A stretch of 63,656 bases of DNA, counting the filler, from Octopus bimaculoides (Eukaryota): the NCBI RefSeq assembly GCF_001194135.2. It is 6 parts of 5 records of this genome, joined end to end, with 100 filler letters (N's around TTAATTAATTAA, not from the genome) between each part and the next. Parts side by side here need not be neighbours in the genome. Positions count along the whole stretch, not along the records: positions 1 to 22,794 come from NC_068984.1; 5 more parts are not named here. One strand, given 5' to 3'. The translations under genes were made by a program, and so were the position numbers. The notes under the pieces are model-generated. The model searched no databases. It was not told the DNA's origin and worked only from the letters and a program-made list of their open reading frames with translations. Below, one piece after another: positions 1 through 14,070 of this stretch. Position 1 is the stretch's first letter. Each line of letters starts with the position of its first letter.

Positions 1-129
1 GAATACAAAAGTATTTTTCTGTTCTATAACACAAAATAGATAAGTATACAAAGTTTGAAAGTCTTTCGGTACCAAAAACACTACGTAAAACATTAATGAA
101 AAATGTGGCCCCCGTTTTAAAAAAGATCC
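1..129. mobile_element. Right end of a non-autonomous TIR element (same family as 20056-20576)
   Basis: 1-49 is nearly identical to 20528-20576. 93-129 (ttaatgaaaaatgtggcccccgttttaaaaaagatcc) is the reverse complement of the left end at 20057-20093. Confidence 0.75.

Positions 130-195
<66 letters not shown>
130..195. repeat. (TTA)n microsatellite
   Basis: Direct reading. Many other (TA)n, (CA)n, (GA)n, (AAT)n and (GAT)n tracts occur throughout and are not listed individually. Confidence 0.95.
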
Positions 196-197
<2 letters not shown>

Positions 198-3100
198 AAT
201 TTGTATTTTTCTTTAGTTTAAGTAGATCATTTTCTTAAATTGTCGACTGCTAAAAAAGAAAAGAAAATTAAAAACAGGTAATGATTGGGATCTGACATGG
301 GCAGTGGCCAGGAAGAGAAAAAATTCAAATCTATTTTACATTCAGCATTTATTATATCTTAATGCCTTGTCAGTTAGACAATGGGAGGATCGAGATGGTA
401 CCATTGTTGGGCTGCGCTTAGGGCATTAGTTGACCTTAATCCGATCCTTCTCATGTTAATACTTACATCGTTCACTCCCTTGTTTATGTTAATACTTAGA
501 TCGTTAAGTCCCCTGAGAAAATAACGATCACCACAATTTTTTCCTTTTTCTCAACGATGAAAGTTTTAGGGCAATATTCCCTTTTAAGTCAAAACATTTG
601 GTGCACATGAAGCTGTAAGGAGATATTTGAAAACATTGCCTTTTTGTGGTGTATCTATCTAGTAAGTGTACATGGCAAAGCCTATCCCTTATTAAACTTG
701 ACTCACTAGAAGAGTTTTCACTCAGTTCAGTAAATTATTGAAACACTCGTCAATTATGGAGGTCTCGTTGATAAAATTAGTGGGAGTGTTGATTCTGAAA
801 ATTTTTAGCCGTTGTTTTATTATTGTGTAAAAGGAAACAAATATATAAAAATAATATTTATACATAAACTTGATCGGTTCGCGTTTTAGCCACTGCCTAG
901 TAGTGTGTTTAAATTGTTCACTGAACTTCACTGCGAATTAACCCAAGTTTTTCAACCCAACCCCTTAAATCACAAAATAAGAGGGGCGGAAATCAGCCTT
1001 ATTTTTCAAATCCTGGCAGCAACACTGAAGCTAGAAGCAGGATAATAATCTAATTCTACACCTTATCACATTCAAGAATATAAACACGTTTTTAAGCACA
1101 ACACATATGGAATCAAAAATAAACACTACCTTTCACTGGCACTGTTGTTCACGCAGTGCTCTCTCTCTCCCTAGCGTGAAGCTTCCTATCTCGGACATGT
1201 GAGCATGGAAACAACAGGCAAACATCGCGTCGCTGGAAGTGTGAAGCGCACAGTTCTATACAAGGATTTTTGTATTTTTTTCATAAACTAGGTGATGGCT
1301 ACTGACATTAAGCTTAAGGATTATATAATGTACAAGTATAAAGAAAAAATTAAAGAAAAAAGGACTCATTATATTGAATGTTATCGATAATATCGAGTGG
1401 AAATGGAGCGGGGGTACAGTTCCGCAGTGTCTATAGACGGACCGCGACTGGTTCTCTTGCTGCCTATTGTGATTGCCATTCTAAAAGTAGCAATGGTAAC
1501 GCGATACAAACCATCAGCGCAGTTCTCCAAGTAATGACAATGACTAAATCTTCAAAGACGATCAAAAGGCAATATACCAGTTTAAATTATTTTAGTTTTG
1601 TACCTATAAGTTCTAAGTTTAAATCGAGCGTGGGCAAACCTTTTACAAGAAGTGGGCTGCATTAAACATGGCTCATGATCAGACGGGTCGCACTATTAAA
1701 AGAAAAATGAAGGTAACCTTTCGTTAGCTGTGCCATTCAGAAAGTCCCACGAACCGCTTGATGCCAGTGTGCTGCAGGTTGCCCACAAGTGGTTTAAACC
1801 CCAACTAGAAACGATTTTGACTTTTATTTCCTTCAGGTCGAAGAAAATAAGTACAAAAAAAAAATACCGAGTACGATTTCATCAAGTGTATCCTAAATAA
1901 AAATTGACTTCGTGCCTACATCGCCCACCCTAACACATACAAAAAAAAAATCAATATATAAAGTTTGTGGCAGCTGCTTTGGTGCGACAATCAGTTTTCA
2001 TAAACTGAGTCTTTGACCTGGTTTCCATTCTATTTGAAAATTTTCGCGTACACCATTATTGCTTAAAAAAAAACAAAAAAAAAACACCGAAAATTTTAAT
2101 AAAGCGTAATAAACATTTTTCGAATTTCTCCTCCTTAAACAAAATCTGAAGGCTTTAATGCTTATATAAAACATCAATATTTGAAGTACAAAAACAGTAG
2201 AATGTCGGACGATATGGTCTACACTATTGTGCTTTTCATACCCACTTAAATTTTAGCTGCAGTAGACTTTACCTTTCAACTCTTCCACCTTGAGGGTGTC
2301 TGTGAGAAAAATGAGCACTAGTTATTCAGTCAACTGTACCCATCTCCTGCAAATGTATAGCCTTGTGCCATCCATTAACAAGGATTGAACAAAACCACAG
2401 AAATGTTTAATTTATACACATTTCGCCCACGAATCCAAGAATATACCTTTCACCACCCGAAACAATTTATGGATCGTAACCCCAAAATTTGAAAACGCTG
2501 CTAAAGATCTATTTTGCCTTTTATAGATTTATGCTAATCGATATTTCGTCAGAATATTGATTTTTAATGGTTTCCTCACAAGTACATCTTGTGATGGCAG
2601 CAGCCTTACCAGCAGCAGTAACAACAACAACAATAGTACACACATTTTCATGGATTAAAAAAAAATTTGATTCAAAATATTTACTTGTTGGTATTTCATT
2701 CAATTTTTGATTTATACATTTTAAATTGTGAATTACGATGGCAGCATTGATGACAAGAATGTAGGCGGTATTAATGTTACTGTTGGTGGTGGCGGCGGCG
2801 GCGGTAGTGGTGATGACGAAATGACAGCAATGAGAAAGAGGTTAATTGATGATAATGATGATGATGATGATGACAACGGTAAAGAAAATAACGATGACAG
2901 TTATAATAATGTTGAGTAGGAATAATATACAGATGGATATGATGATAGTATCGTTACTGTTTAGTCCCTGGTTAACCTCGATCAAGAAAACCTACAATCA
3001 AAAAACCATTCTTTCCATGATCATCTTATTTTCTTGTTTATGAAGATTTACATTATCTATTGTTTTCTTTATTTAAAACAGCGGAGATTGATTTGAAAGT

Positions 3101-3846
3101 TATTTGGCTGCTATTTCTTGTAGGTCAAACGGCCACGAATAGACTTAATATCTCACGAAGATTATGATGATGGCAGTAGAGCCGGTGATGACAATATGAT
3201 GATGACGGCGACGATCACGAAGACGACGGCGACGACGACGATGCTGCTGATGCTGGTGAAGATGATGATGATAATAAATATGTATAAGATAGTTGGTTCA
3301 TTAGTATGACAATTTGAAAAAAAAAATTTTGTTACAGTAATCGGAAAAAAAATAAAAAAAACAAAACAATACACTCACTTTCCGGAAGAAAATATAAATT
3401 TTACATTAAAATTCCAATGAATAACGGTAAATCTATGTCTAAAAAATAATCCAGAATTTATTAAATATCATTTTACGTAATAAAAGAATTTCTTCATTGA
3501 GTTAATACCATTTCTACTTTCTCTATTCCTCTTACTCATCCTCCAATTCTACCCGCCTCCCCCCGCTGTAGACGCACTCTTCCTTTGCAATCATTCATTC
3601 TCTCACTCCCAGTCTTTCTTACTCTCTCTCTTACCCCGCATCACTGCTGATACAAGAGTAAGACAAAGATAAGGACGTCTGAATATATTATCATAGATAA
3701 TATTTTACAGTTCTTGTATTTAATCAATGCATGACGACAACTGTGTAGTGAACAATTAGTCGGCTGGTTGTTGGGGTGGTTTTGTAAATCACCTGCGCAA
3801 TTATTAGCAGGACTGTACGTTTTAAGGGAAGCTGAGAGCTGCTAAC

Positions 3847-3932
3847 ATGGATATTGCAGCGTCATCTCGCCGAAAAGCATTGGCTATCAGGCAATGGACT
3901 GTACAACGGAAAAATCTTGTGAATATCTGCAG
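3847..3932 (+). CDS. RUNDC3: RUN domain-containing protein 3 (RUNDC3A/B-like), coding exon 1
   Basis: ATG in strong context (aacATGG) with in-frame TAA upstream at 3823-3825. Translates MDIAASSRRKALAIRQWTVQRKNLVNIC+AG and ends at donor AG|GTAAGA. QRKNLVNICR matches the remembered RUNDC3 motif ERK/RNLITVCR, and the phase-2 end splices cleanly to exon 2. Confidence 0.85.
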
Positions 3933-6038
3933 GTAAGATATCCGTTGGACTAGAAACATAGATACACATTACACATATACAAATCGAATCACCTGGTTTC
4001 ATCTATTATTGTTATTTGGATCGTCGTGTAACAAATTTTAGAATTTAATTAACAAATGACAGGTCTTGTTTTCTTCTTAGTAACCTAACATACCTACCAT
4101 TAGAAATATAAATTGTATGTTTAGATAAGGAATAGAATTTTTTTCCTCCTTATTACTGTCATTAATTCGTTTAGTTGATTATTTAGACACGACACCTTTC
4201 TTACAAAAACAAACCTCTTCCCTATGTTTCGTGTCATCGTGTTTCTGAATGTTCTGTATATAGGTATAACTATTTATTATATTATATTAGAATAACACTT
4301 ACATTGGTTTAAATAAGTTCCTTGTTTGATACTATTTTGAAAATAACTGTTTCTTACTTTTTTGTTTTTGTTTAATATTATTCAGTGTTTTCAAGATTGA
4401 AAGATCTGTTTATATAACTTCGCTGAAATGTGATATGATTTGAATATCGAAAACTATAGTAATTTGATATTAAAAAAAATACACTGCACACACACACACA
4501 CACCTATGTATATGTATGTGGCTTATGTCCGGCAAAATTCAACTCGTGTTTGTAAGAATGGTTTATCAATATTAACAGCGAAAAGGAACAAAAACAGACA
4601 TCTAAATATTCATCATATTTTATATTATTGTGTATAAAACTGGTTAGATTAGTTTTTTTCTCTTTTGAAATATCATAAGCCTGACACCTCGTGACATGTT
4701 ATTTACAAGTCATTATCAAAGATCTCATCGAACCCCAATAAATCAGGTTATTCGCACCGTTTTAGAGGAAACTGACTTGAGATTTTGTTTTTCTAAAACA
4801 TCCCCAGTTACCGACAGTTATATATTTATTTTGTCATCGGGGATATATGTTCTTAATTTATATACTACATGTTGATCTAAGCAAAAAAAGTCGAGAAGCG
4901 ACACACATACACACACACATATAAGAAAATGAAATCTGTTCTTTAAAATCTCATGAAATACTAGAAATTGGCATATATTTTCATAATCTCAATTTTCTCC
5001 ATTTGTAAAAAAATATACATTAATATCTGCAAATTTCACTTCATTGCAAATTCCGGAATTACCATTATTCGCAGAAAATTCTCGAAAACCATCACATGTT
5101 TCATCTTATTTATTTAATAAAATATTTTGAATACTCGTAGTACGTTCTTTTTCTTTCTCTCTCTTTTTTTTTTAAAGTTCCATTTAAAAAGTTTTGTTTT
5201 TCTTTAAATTTCTAACATATGTGCATATATTTTCTATGTAATAATGAATGAGTGTGTCTGTTGTAAATAGCAGATTATATAAAAGATTTTGAAATAGTAA
5301 ATATCATTTCTCTAAGACTAACATAAAAAAATTTTTTTTAAACTCCACAAAAACTAAGCCGGTATTTGTTTCGCGACTCCAGATTTTATTTCCTTCTGCT
5401 TGGCCGCGGTCGACGTTTTTTCGCTGCAGGGATTTTTTTTAGGGGCGACCGACTTACAGTGTAGGTCTTTTTTTTTTTTAATTTCACTTCGTGGGCGTAA
5501 AGGGACGTAACTCAACGGACCTATCTGCTAAAACGCCGCTGTTCGAAATGTCTTTTCTTTTTGTTGCTTGTTTTTTGGTAAAAATATGCCATTATTCAGC
5601 AGAAAATATATAATTTTTGTTTAAGAAGTAAAATAATAGAAATCATTTTAAGAATATTCGTAACCAAAATAAAAAAGCATTCTTGATTAAAAACAAAATG
5701 CAACGCAACCAAGTATAGAACCTCTACGTGATCAGTAGACCTGCTAGCAACAGTACGCAAATATCTTCCAAGTCACTCTACGGTCTTTAAAAAAGAAAGG
5801 GCACATTAGATAATGTAATCTTAGATGCCCAGTGTCCGAAAACTATGTTGGCATTTAGTTTTAATCAAAAGTGCTTGTGTTAACGCAGGCAGCGTTAAAA
5901 GGTATGCTATTAAAAAGCATCGTCATCAGGTATCGTCTGCTTTCAAGCAGGTTGAAAACCATGGATCTCCATCTCAGTCTTGTACTATTTTATACATTCA
6001 CTGCATGTCAGATCTGTTCAGTTCTTGATATGACGAAA

Positions 6039-6115
6039 GTAAAGAATACGTACAGCCGGTGTTTAGGGTTAGGGTTTTTGTTACGCCGAAAATGGGTGGT
6101 GTACGTATTCTTTAC
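6039..6115. repeat. Small foldback element: 16-bp perfect inverted repeat enclosing TTAGGGTTAGGG
   Basis: gtaaagaatacgtaca (6039-6054) / tgtacgtattctttac (6100-6115); the loop contains ttagggttaggg. Confidence 0.8.
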
Positions 6116-6524
6116 GCCCTTGATATTATCCATCCATATAGGTTCTTGGTTTGTCTCTCTCTCTCTTTATTTCTTTCTTTCTTTCTTTCTGTCTCTCTCT
6201 CCCTCTCTTTCTTTCTTTCGTTCTTTCTTTCTTTCTTTCTTTTTTTTTTTTAACCTTCCTATTCATTTTGCCTTCCATTAACAGTTCCAGATATAGTTTA
6301 CTCTCTTTAACGTTTCGAACAAAATTTTTTTAGTTTTTACCAATCTCAATACTTCATTATTGGTTTTTGCGTTTTGTCCATGATATTCTCAGAAGTCTTA
6401 AATATACCCACACTACAAAAGCTTACAAGCTATTTTATATTACTTTAATTAATGGTCCTTCATTTCGTAGAGTGGGCCATACATAACACCTTCATGATCT
6501 CTTTGTATATATATATATATATAT

Positions 6525-6733
6525 CATCATCATCATCATCATCGTTTAACGTCCGCTTTCCATGCTAGCATGGGTTGGACGATTTGACTGAGGACTGGTG
6601 AAACCGGATGGCAACACCAGGCTCCAATCTAATTTGGCAGAGTTTCTACAGCTGGATGCCCTTCCTAACGCCAACCACTCAGAGAGTGTAGTGGGTGCTT
6701 TTACGTGTTACCCGCACGAAAACGGCCACGCTC
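6525..6733 (-). mobile_element. 3' tail of RTE-clade LINE (5'-truncated copy or RTE-tailed SINE)
   Basis: (CAT)n-cgtttaacgtccgctttccatgctagcatgggttggacg... matches the 3' end of the RT-bearing copy at 29495-30920. Confidence 0.8.
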
Positions 6734-7339
6734 ATATATATATATATATATATATATATAGATGGATCTTTTCAATATATATATAGATATATATATATAT
6801 ATATNNNNNNNNNNNNNNNNNNNNNNNNNNNNNNNNNNNNNNNNNNNNNNNNNNNNNNNNNNNNNNNNNNNNNNNNNNNNNNNNNNNNNNNNNNNNNNNN
6901 NNNNNNNNNNNNNNNNNNNNNNNNNNNNNNNNNNNNNNNNNNNNNNNNNNNNNNNNNNNNNNNNNNNNNNNNNNNNNNNNNNNNNNNNNNNNNNNNNNNN
7001 NNNNNNNNNNNNNNNNNNNNNNNNNNNNNNNNNNNNNNNNNNNNNNNTAACAGAAAGATTTGGAAGAATTAGATGCAAGTTCTCTGGTAATTTTCTTTCA
7101 TGTAAATAAATATTTATGTTAATTTAAAAATTTGCCAGCAAAATCTTATAAAATGACAATGTTCTAAAAGGTGTACAATCTCTTTGTAGTTTTGATATTA
7201 ATCTTTCTTAGTGTTTGACTTTTTTCCAAATTCTCCTGTTTTCTTCATCGCATTTCCTTATTTTCTGATTGTATATATTCGAAGTATAGTTATCATTGAT
7301 GTGTATTCAATTGGCTTTTCCTCAATTGTAATATTTATT

Positions 7340-7700
7340 TTTTATGATTTGCCTTTGATTTAATTTTCTTCCCTTTCATTTCCATTCCATGAGAAATTCA
7401 TTTGTCATTTACTCAAGCTATTAGATCATTTGTATTAAAAATTACTAAAGCAGTACTGTCTGCATATACAGGGTTGATATCCATACTTCCTATTGTCAAA
7501 CTTGGCATGTCTTCTACTTCTCTGAAAATTTTCTCAGAGTATGTTAAATAGCTTAGAGGATAGCATACAACCTTGCCTAACGCCTTTCTTAAATTTAAAT
7601 TCTGAAATTTTTCCCCATTCAGTCCTCACCACTGCTGTTTGCTTTTAGCACATTTTTGTTGTTCGGAGGTCTAGAAATGAGTATCTTCTTATTCCAGTAT
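7340..7700 (-). mobile_element. Decayed RTE-clade LINE reverse transcriptase fragment
   Basis: Minus-strand translation with frameshifts: QTAVVRTEWGKISEFKFKKGVRQGCMLSSKLFNI..SEKIFREVEDMPSLTIGSMDIN..VYADSTAL, giving the GVRQGC and degenerate YADD motifs. Confidence 0.75.
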
Positions 7701-7879
7701 TATAGAACTATTCGATAATGGAAGTAGACCAATGTGATTTTTGTTGTCCGTAGTGAATGGAAACATTTAATTCATTCATTTTTTTTATTATTGAGTAAGA
7801 CAAGTTACTCAGTATTTTCCAAAGTAAGAAAACATGAAATGATTCATTGCTATGATTGTGTTAAATTTCAGCAGCAATT

Positions 7880-8346
7880 TGTTTGTTTGGCACCGATTGC
7901 CGATATCTGAGCATGCTGACAAAAAGTTCAGGTCTCTGGTTTTCCTTGTATTGCTAAGTTGCGAGACTTGGAACTGTCTGGACCCCCAAAGAGGCCACCT
8001 GAACTCTTTCAGTACCAGGACTCTTTGCAGAATAATGGACTACTATTTGTTGGAATTCGTTTCCAACCAACGACTATAGTTAGAAACTGAGATGTGTCCT
8101 GTTACTTATATGATCCGGGAGCATCAACTTAGACTGTTTCCTCTTCTGAGGATCCGGCTAGGGCGACAGCTTCTGTCGGTCGGCCACATGTCTCACGGTT
8201 ATGGCGGAAGAGGAAGTATTTCATGGTGATGGAAATTGACTGGGAACCACTCAGAGGGTTGCCCTGGATGACCTGAGCAAATACTAATAAATGGTGGACG
8301 AAGCGATGCACTGCAACGGCATATGCCCCCATATCTGGCCTGACCT
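7880..8346 (+). mobile_element. Decayed RTE-clade LINE, C-terminal ORF and 3' end
   Basis: KFRSLVFLVLLSCETWN...LNSFSTRTLCRIMDY...FVSNQRL..ETEMCPVTYMIREHQLRL...GRPH...VDEAMHCNGICPHIWPDL resembles the RTE post-RT region (LLYGCETW, GRP). Confidence 0.75.
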
Positions 8347-9619
8347 TGCACCGGCTGGCGATCTTTTAAAAGTTTGTTTTCGGTTAAAAACCAATATTTA
8401 TCTATTAAGCACTATAAGGAATGATCTTTTTCTCGGAATTCTCTTTGGATGGGTTCTGTATCTTCCAAACCGATGGGATTAAATCACAATTTTTGTAAAA
8501 TAAGAGAAATTAACCTTTCTCCCCCCTCCCCCTCTCCCCTCAAAGGTTAAATGAGAGAAAACTTTGAACTGATTGATATTTTACATGCCTGCGAAGTTAG
8601 ATAGCCATTTCGCCAAAGTTAAGAGAAATTATTCAATTTTATCTCATGACTAAACGTAAAACAACTTGATTTTTTGATAAAAATATTTAACATTGTCGGA
8701 TTGGAAGGCCAGGTCAGAGAAACACAATACCATTGTGGTTGATAGTTAAATAACGGAAAGAATATTCGTTTCTTACATTTTTTTTTTCTTTTTCTTTTAC
8801 TTGCTGGATGAGACTAAACAAACTAATTGCTGCTGAAATTGAACCAAATTTATAATTATAACCGTGACATTTTCTATTCTCTTCCGAAAGGTATTCAATA
8901 AATTGTCTCTACATCAAAAAAAAAAAAAGAATGCTAATACCTTTTATTTTACGTAGCTTTTTTCTTTTTCTTATGAACATGAAGCAAGTGGCTTTAGTTC
9001 CCAAGGTAAGAAATGAGGAGGTCTAAGAAGACTGAAACATGCCTGGTTTAGTATCTCATACTTTCTGAAAAGATTTAGTCAATGAGCTTGTAGCGAACGA
9101 CTTAAGGGAAACTTCTCTCTCTCTCTCTGTTATATACATAAATACAGACATAGTAGATAACAGCTATCACATCTTCTCTTAAACATTCTACTCTGGTTGT
9201 GTATCTCTTTTCCTCCTGGCACTTATACTCATTTAATCCTTTTCATATTTTATTTGTATCAACCGTGCAATGTACTAAAGGAGCCGTTCTCGTCACCTCT
9301 CCTTCTGCGCGGTCGTTTACAATCTTATGAGTTCATATTGTCTTTTCCTCTCAACATCCATAATCCTCTTAACATTAACTTGATTATGGATGACATCTCT
9401 AAAAAAGAAAATTGTTATTTTACAAAAATGTCAGCCCATAGCCCTTTTACTACATCAAATCTGGAACACTCAATCATAGGTCTACTTGAAAGCTGCCCTG
9501 GAGCTCAACATCATGATTAGTAAAGAACCTGATGAGGCTACCTCTGCAGGGACTCATCAGAAGCTTTCTGTGTTATTGAAGTTCACTTCAACTCATTCAA
9601 AAAGGCTTGACTAACTACA

Positions 9620-10060
9620 ATTCTTTAACAACTTGGGCGCTACTGAGTTGTGTCTTCTTTTGTACTCTTCTACTGCTAATATGATTGTCTCTTCTTTTCT
9701 GAACATGCTGATTTTCTATCTCCTTCACCTAAACCCTATTGAATTATCCATTTCTCCCTCAACTGACTCATTTTCTGTGTTGAAGTTACTAGTTACTAAT
9801 GTTTCTCCTATATTCCCCCCAAAATTTGAGTCCCTTTGAAAGTTCTTTCTTGCCTATATTGTGCTCTGAATGATTGACGTTCAGAACTTTAAACTGAGTA
9901 TGTGCCTGGGCATTCCATTTAGCTTTCTGCAATGGGATAACACTAATTGCATTTTATTGCATGAAAGGCAGGTCATACTGCTTGTTTTGATGCCTAGTGC
10001 ATTTATTGTCATCATTTTACCTCCCACTTTTAATGCCTTTTATGGACTGATCAATTTTTA
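9620..10060 (-). mobile_element. Possible highly decayed non-LTR element (R4/Dong-like post-RT region)
   Basis: Minus-strand fragments GGKMMTINALGI and EETIILAVEEYKRRHNSVAPKLLK resemble the 'AINTWAV' and 'YK.RHN.VA' motifs; many stops. Confidence 0.35.
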
Positions 10061-10339
10061 TTCAGAGTTTTTGCCCTCCTAGATGAGTTGATGACCACAT
10101 CATACTCATGCATTCCATTTTTGACAGAGTTTCTATGGCTGAATGTTTTTTATATGACCACCACTTTACAAAACATGTTGGGTGCATTTTATTGTCACAG
10201 CAACACAAGAGAGATTGTTGTGTATCTTTTAAAACTAAAGAGTCCTCTCCTTTATGATATTTCCATTCATTCATTTACTAATACCAGAAGACCCTTCCTC
10301 CACAGCAGAAGTGTTAAGGCTACATTTCCTGGTGAAGAT

Positions 10340-10575
10340 GATTGGCCTGGAAGAGTCCTGTGCCAGTGCCACATAAAAAACACTTGTGCTGGTGCCACAT
10401 AATGAGCACTTGTGCCAATGGCATGTTAAAAGCAACCAGAACACACTATAAAGTGGTTGGCATTAGGAAGGGCATCCAACCATAGAAACCAAGCCAAATC
10501 AGATTGGAACTTGGGGCCGCTTGCCAGCTCTGGTCAAAACATTCAATTCATGCTACCTTGGAAAATGGACATTAA
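10340..10575 (+). mobile_element. Old RTE 3'-tail copy
   Basis: ggttggcattaggaagggcatccaaccatagaaac... is the reverse complement of the 6525-type tail; diverged. Confidence 0.6.
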
Positions 10576-12423
10576 GTAAAAAGAAAATGAAAGAAGAGGG
10601 TTATCTTATCCCTGGCAGATAGAAGAGAGATAATTATAGAGAACCAGATTGATAGGAGCAAGAGTGTAATAAAAAAGAGCAGGCAGAGGAAAGCAGAGGG
10701 TGATAGATGATTGGGTGTAAGGAAATTAAATAGAGATGACAGGAGCAGCATGGTAGAGGGATAGAGAGTAAGTTTGAAAGAAACTGGGTGATAGAAGAGA
10801 ATGAACTGAGTGAGTGATGGATGCCAACATTGTCATATATTATTAACATCTCTGATGGTGATCAACAAAGAAATAGGGAAAATGAACTTCAGTCAGTCAG
10901 TTTTAATTCCTTCGGGTTCATTATAAATGTTTTGTAATAATGCAGTTTGGCCCAGCATTCAACATTGCGTCATGTGAAGACTGTCAAAATAAGTCTCTGC
11001 ATTTGGAAGTTTATTTTACAGTACTCTATGTACACATGAATCGAGGAGCTTTTTTTTTTTATCGTATTATTATTTAATTGGAGGAAGATGGGCAATGGCC
11101 ATAACCTTTGAAAGCTTTATCCAGAAAGTGTATTTCAAATTCTTTTCTTGTTATTAATTGCTATTTCAGCTTTTATTTCTTCTCTTCATATTTTACAAAG
11201 CATGTAATTTAGGAAAAGCACTTTTCAGATTGGATAGCATTGTTTTATGTTTATAAGAACGACCGTGCGAACCCAAAAGGAGAAATGGTGACGAATGGAA
11301 AAACAGGGCTCCTTTCATTAAATGTGTCACACGGTCGAACACAAAATATATCAAATGATATAAATATGTTATACTTTGATAACATAGTGAATTCGTAAAT
11401 GGCCAGTAAGGAAGACGATAGAACACAACCGATAAAGATGAATAACAGTATTATTTATTGTTGCATTAAAATGTATGTCTGTGTGTGAGTGTGAATGTGA
11501 CATAATGAAAACATAATAAAAGACAGGCCGTCGTGTAAAGAAAAGAGTGTGTGTAAGTGATACATGTATGTGTATGCGTGAGATACAGCAGATAGAAAAA
11601 GAGTCAGTAACACATATAAGAATTTGCCAGTTCTTAAAGTACACAATAGTAACAGTCTGTATGTAAGAAGTTNNNNNNNNNNNNNNNNNNNNNNNNNNNN
11701 NNNNNNNNNNNNNNNNNNNNNNNNNNNNNNNNNNNNNNNNNNNNNNNNNNNNNNNNNNNNNNNNNNNNNNNNNNNNNNNNNNNNNNNNNNNNNNNNNNNN
11801 NNNNNNNNNNNNNNNNNNNNNNNNNNNNNNNNNNNNNNNNNNNNNNNNNNNNNNNNNNNNNNNNNNNNNNNNNNNNNNNNNNNNNNNNNNNNNNNNNNNN
11901 NNNNNNNNNNNNNNNNNNNNNNNNNNNNNNNNNNNNNNNNNNNNNNNNNNNNNNNNNNNNNNNNNNNNNNNNNNNNNNNNNNNNNNNNNNNNNNNNNNNN
12001 NNNNNNNNNNNNNNNNNNNNNNNNNNNNNNNNNNNNNNNNNNNNNNNNNNNNNNNNNNNNNNNNNNNNNNNNNNNNNNNNNNNNNNNNNNNNNNNNNNNN
12101 NNNNNNNNNNNNNNNNNNNNNNNNNNNNNNNNNNNNNNNNNNNNNNNNNNNNNNNNNNNNNNNNNNNNNNNNNNNNNNNNNNNNNNNNNNNNNNNNNNNN
12201 NNNNNNNNNNNNNNNNNNNNNNNNNNNNNNNNNNNNNNNNNNNNNNNNNNNNNNNNNNNNNNNCAGTAGGCTGTTCTCTACTACGCCCGAACTTGATTAT
12301 ATCTATAACAGCGAGAGAAGATGGCTTCTTTGTATATAATGGCGATCGAGGTGTTAGTTTCACTACATATATATAGCATATATATATATCACATATATAT
12401 ATATATATATCATATATATATAT

Positions 12424-12475
<52 letters not shown>

Positions 12476-13694
12476 TATATATATAGTTGACCTTGGAGGA
12501 AATGCTATTGATAATATGCACAATAGATAAAATTAATAAAAATTAAAGCTTATCGGTTTTTCTGTTTATTCAGAGGTTGGTGGTAACCTCTTGCTAAAGG
12601 GAAAAAATCAACACATTTTAGTTATGGAAGAACACCAACTGATAAGTAGGAAGAAGAGTGTCCATAGTATTTGTTGAGCCTGCTTAAACTTGAGAAGAGG
12701 GCTAACTGGGTGAAAATAGTATGGTATTGTTTGAATTCTTGCTGGTCAATAATTGGATATTAACCGGTAGAGTGGGCATTCAGAAAAATGGCTTTGAGTA
12801 CAAAAATAAAGTAAAATGTTAGTACTTTAGTGTAACTTAATGGGATCAGTGAGAAAGAGAGTGACAGGGTCATTGTGTTTTTTCATGTGAATATAATATG
12901 GAGTCAGCAATTCTGAGGAATGGTTTGATAATAGAGAGTATAGAAGTGCTGGCGAGTGTTGATTAAAGGGTTAACTAAACAGGTGGATAAGTATTCATTT
13001 GATAAATCCAGGACATGTGTGATAATGTGTTTCATTTTATAAAGTAGCACATTTAGAAACAGAAGGTATTAAATACCTGAACTTCTCACTCTAAGATTAT
13101 GCACTTAAATCCATCCTAAGTGTTTTTGAAGCAAACGTTTTATTCCCATTCCTCCCAAAAGACAACATTTATATTTCCATGAAACTAAACAACTCTAGCT
13201 CATATAGATCCATTCAGGCCAAGGAGATACATGCAATTATGTTACTCTGGTAAAAAGAGTATTTGAAATTTATAAAAGATAAGCAGGTATTTAGTGTTGA
13301 AGTAGTTGCCTGGTCCTCTTTAGAAAAAAAAAAAATGAATCCATCCTTTTGCGATGAAATGTGTAGAAAGTGTGGTTTTTCAGGGAGAACTTATTGGAGA
13401 TTATCATTATTTAGAGAATTTGATAGTTTTAGCTGCTTTTTTATTTTTTCTTGAATGAAATGTTGCAAATTTGATACATTATTTTCTGTTTGAAAGAAAT
13501 GAGCATGGCAGACACATCCAGATCTTATTGCTCCAGCATAATGCATGTGTTTAGAACAAGCTAACTACATTGAAAGACAGTCTATGATGCATTGAGAGTG
13601 GGGAGAGTTTGTTACTCTTTGAATTCAAGAATCAAAGTAGAAGGCTGCAAAGAGAATCAGAGCTCAATGAATTGATGGATGTGCGTGTGCATGT

Positions 13695-14070
13695 CATCAT
13701 TATCATCATTGTCGTTTAACGTCCGCTTTCCATGCTAGCATGGGTTGGACGATTTGACTGAGGACTGGTGAAACCAGATGGCTACACCAGGCTCCAATCT
13801 GATTTGGCAGAGTTTCTACAGCTGGATGCCCTTCCTAATGCCAACCACTCATAGAGTGTAGTGGGTGCTTTTTACGTGCCACTGGCACGAAGGCCAGTCA
13901 GGCGGTACTGGCAACGGCCACGCTCAAAATGGTGTATTTTATGTGCCACCCGCACAAGAGCCAGTCCAGGGGCACTGGCAACGATCTCGCTCAAAAGTCC
14001 TTACACATGCCGCGGGCACAAGTGCCAGAAAGGTGACGCTGGGCACAGGTGCCATCACAATTTCGCTTAG
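13695..14070 (-). mobile_element. RTE 3'-tail copy
   Basis: Same (CAT)n-cgtttaacgtccgctttccatgctagc... block plus tttttacgtgccac repeats. Confidence 0.8.

Noticed and set aside
467-512. Possible 46-nt minus-strand exon (cag|...|gtaagt), GLNDLSININKGVND
   Set aside because: Overlaps a local tandem duplication (aacgat.taagtattaacat twice); no partner exons or homology recognised.
2728-3270. Gly/Asp/Met-rich ORFs upstream of the gene
   Set aside because: Degenerate (GAT)n/(GGC)n trinucleotide tracts with no splice or homology support.
9534-9570. CTGATGA on both strands
   Set aside because: Just a short inverted repeat (ctgatgag/ctcatcag); no GAAA, stem III or NUH.
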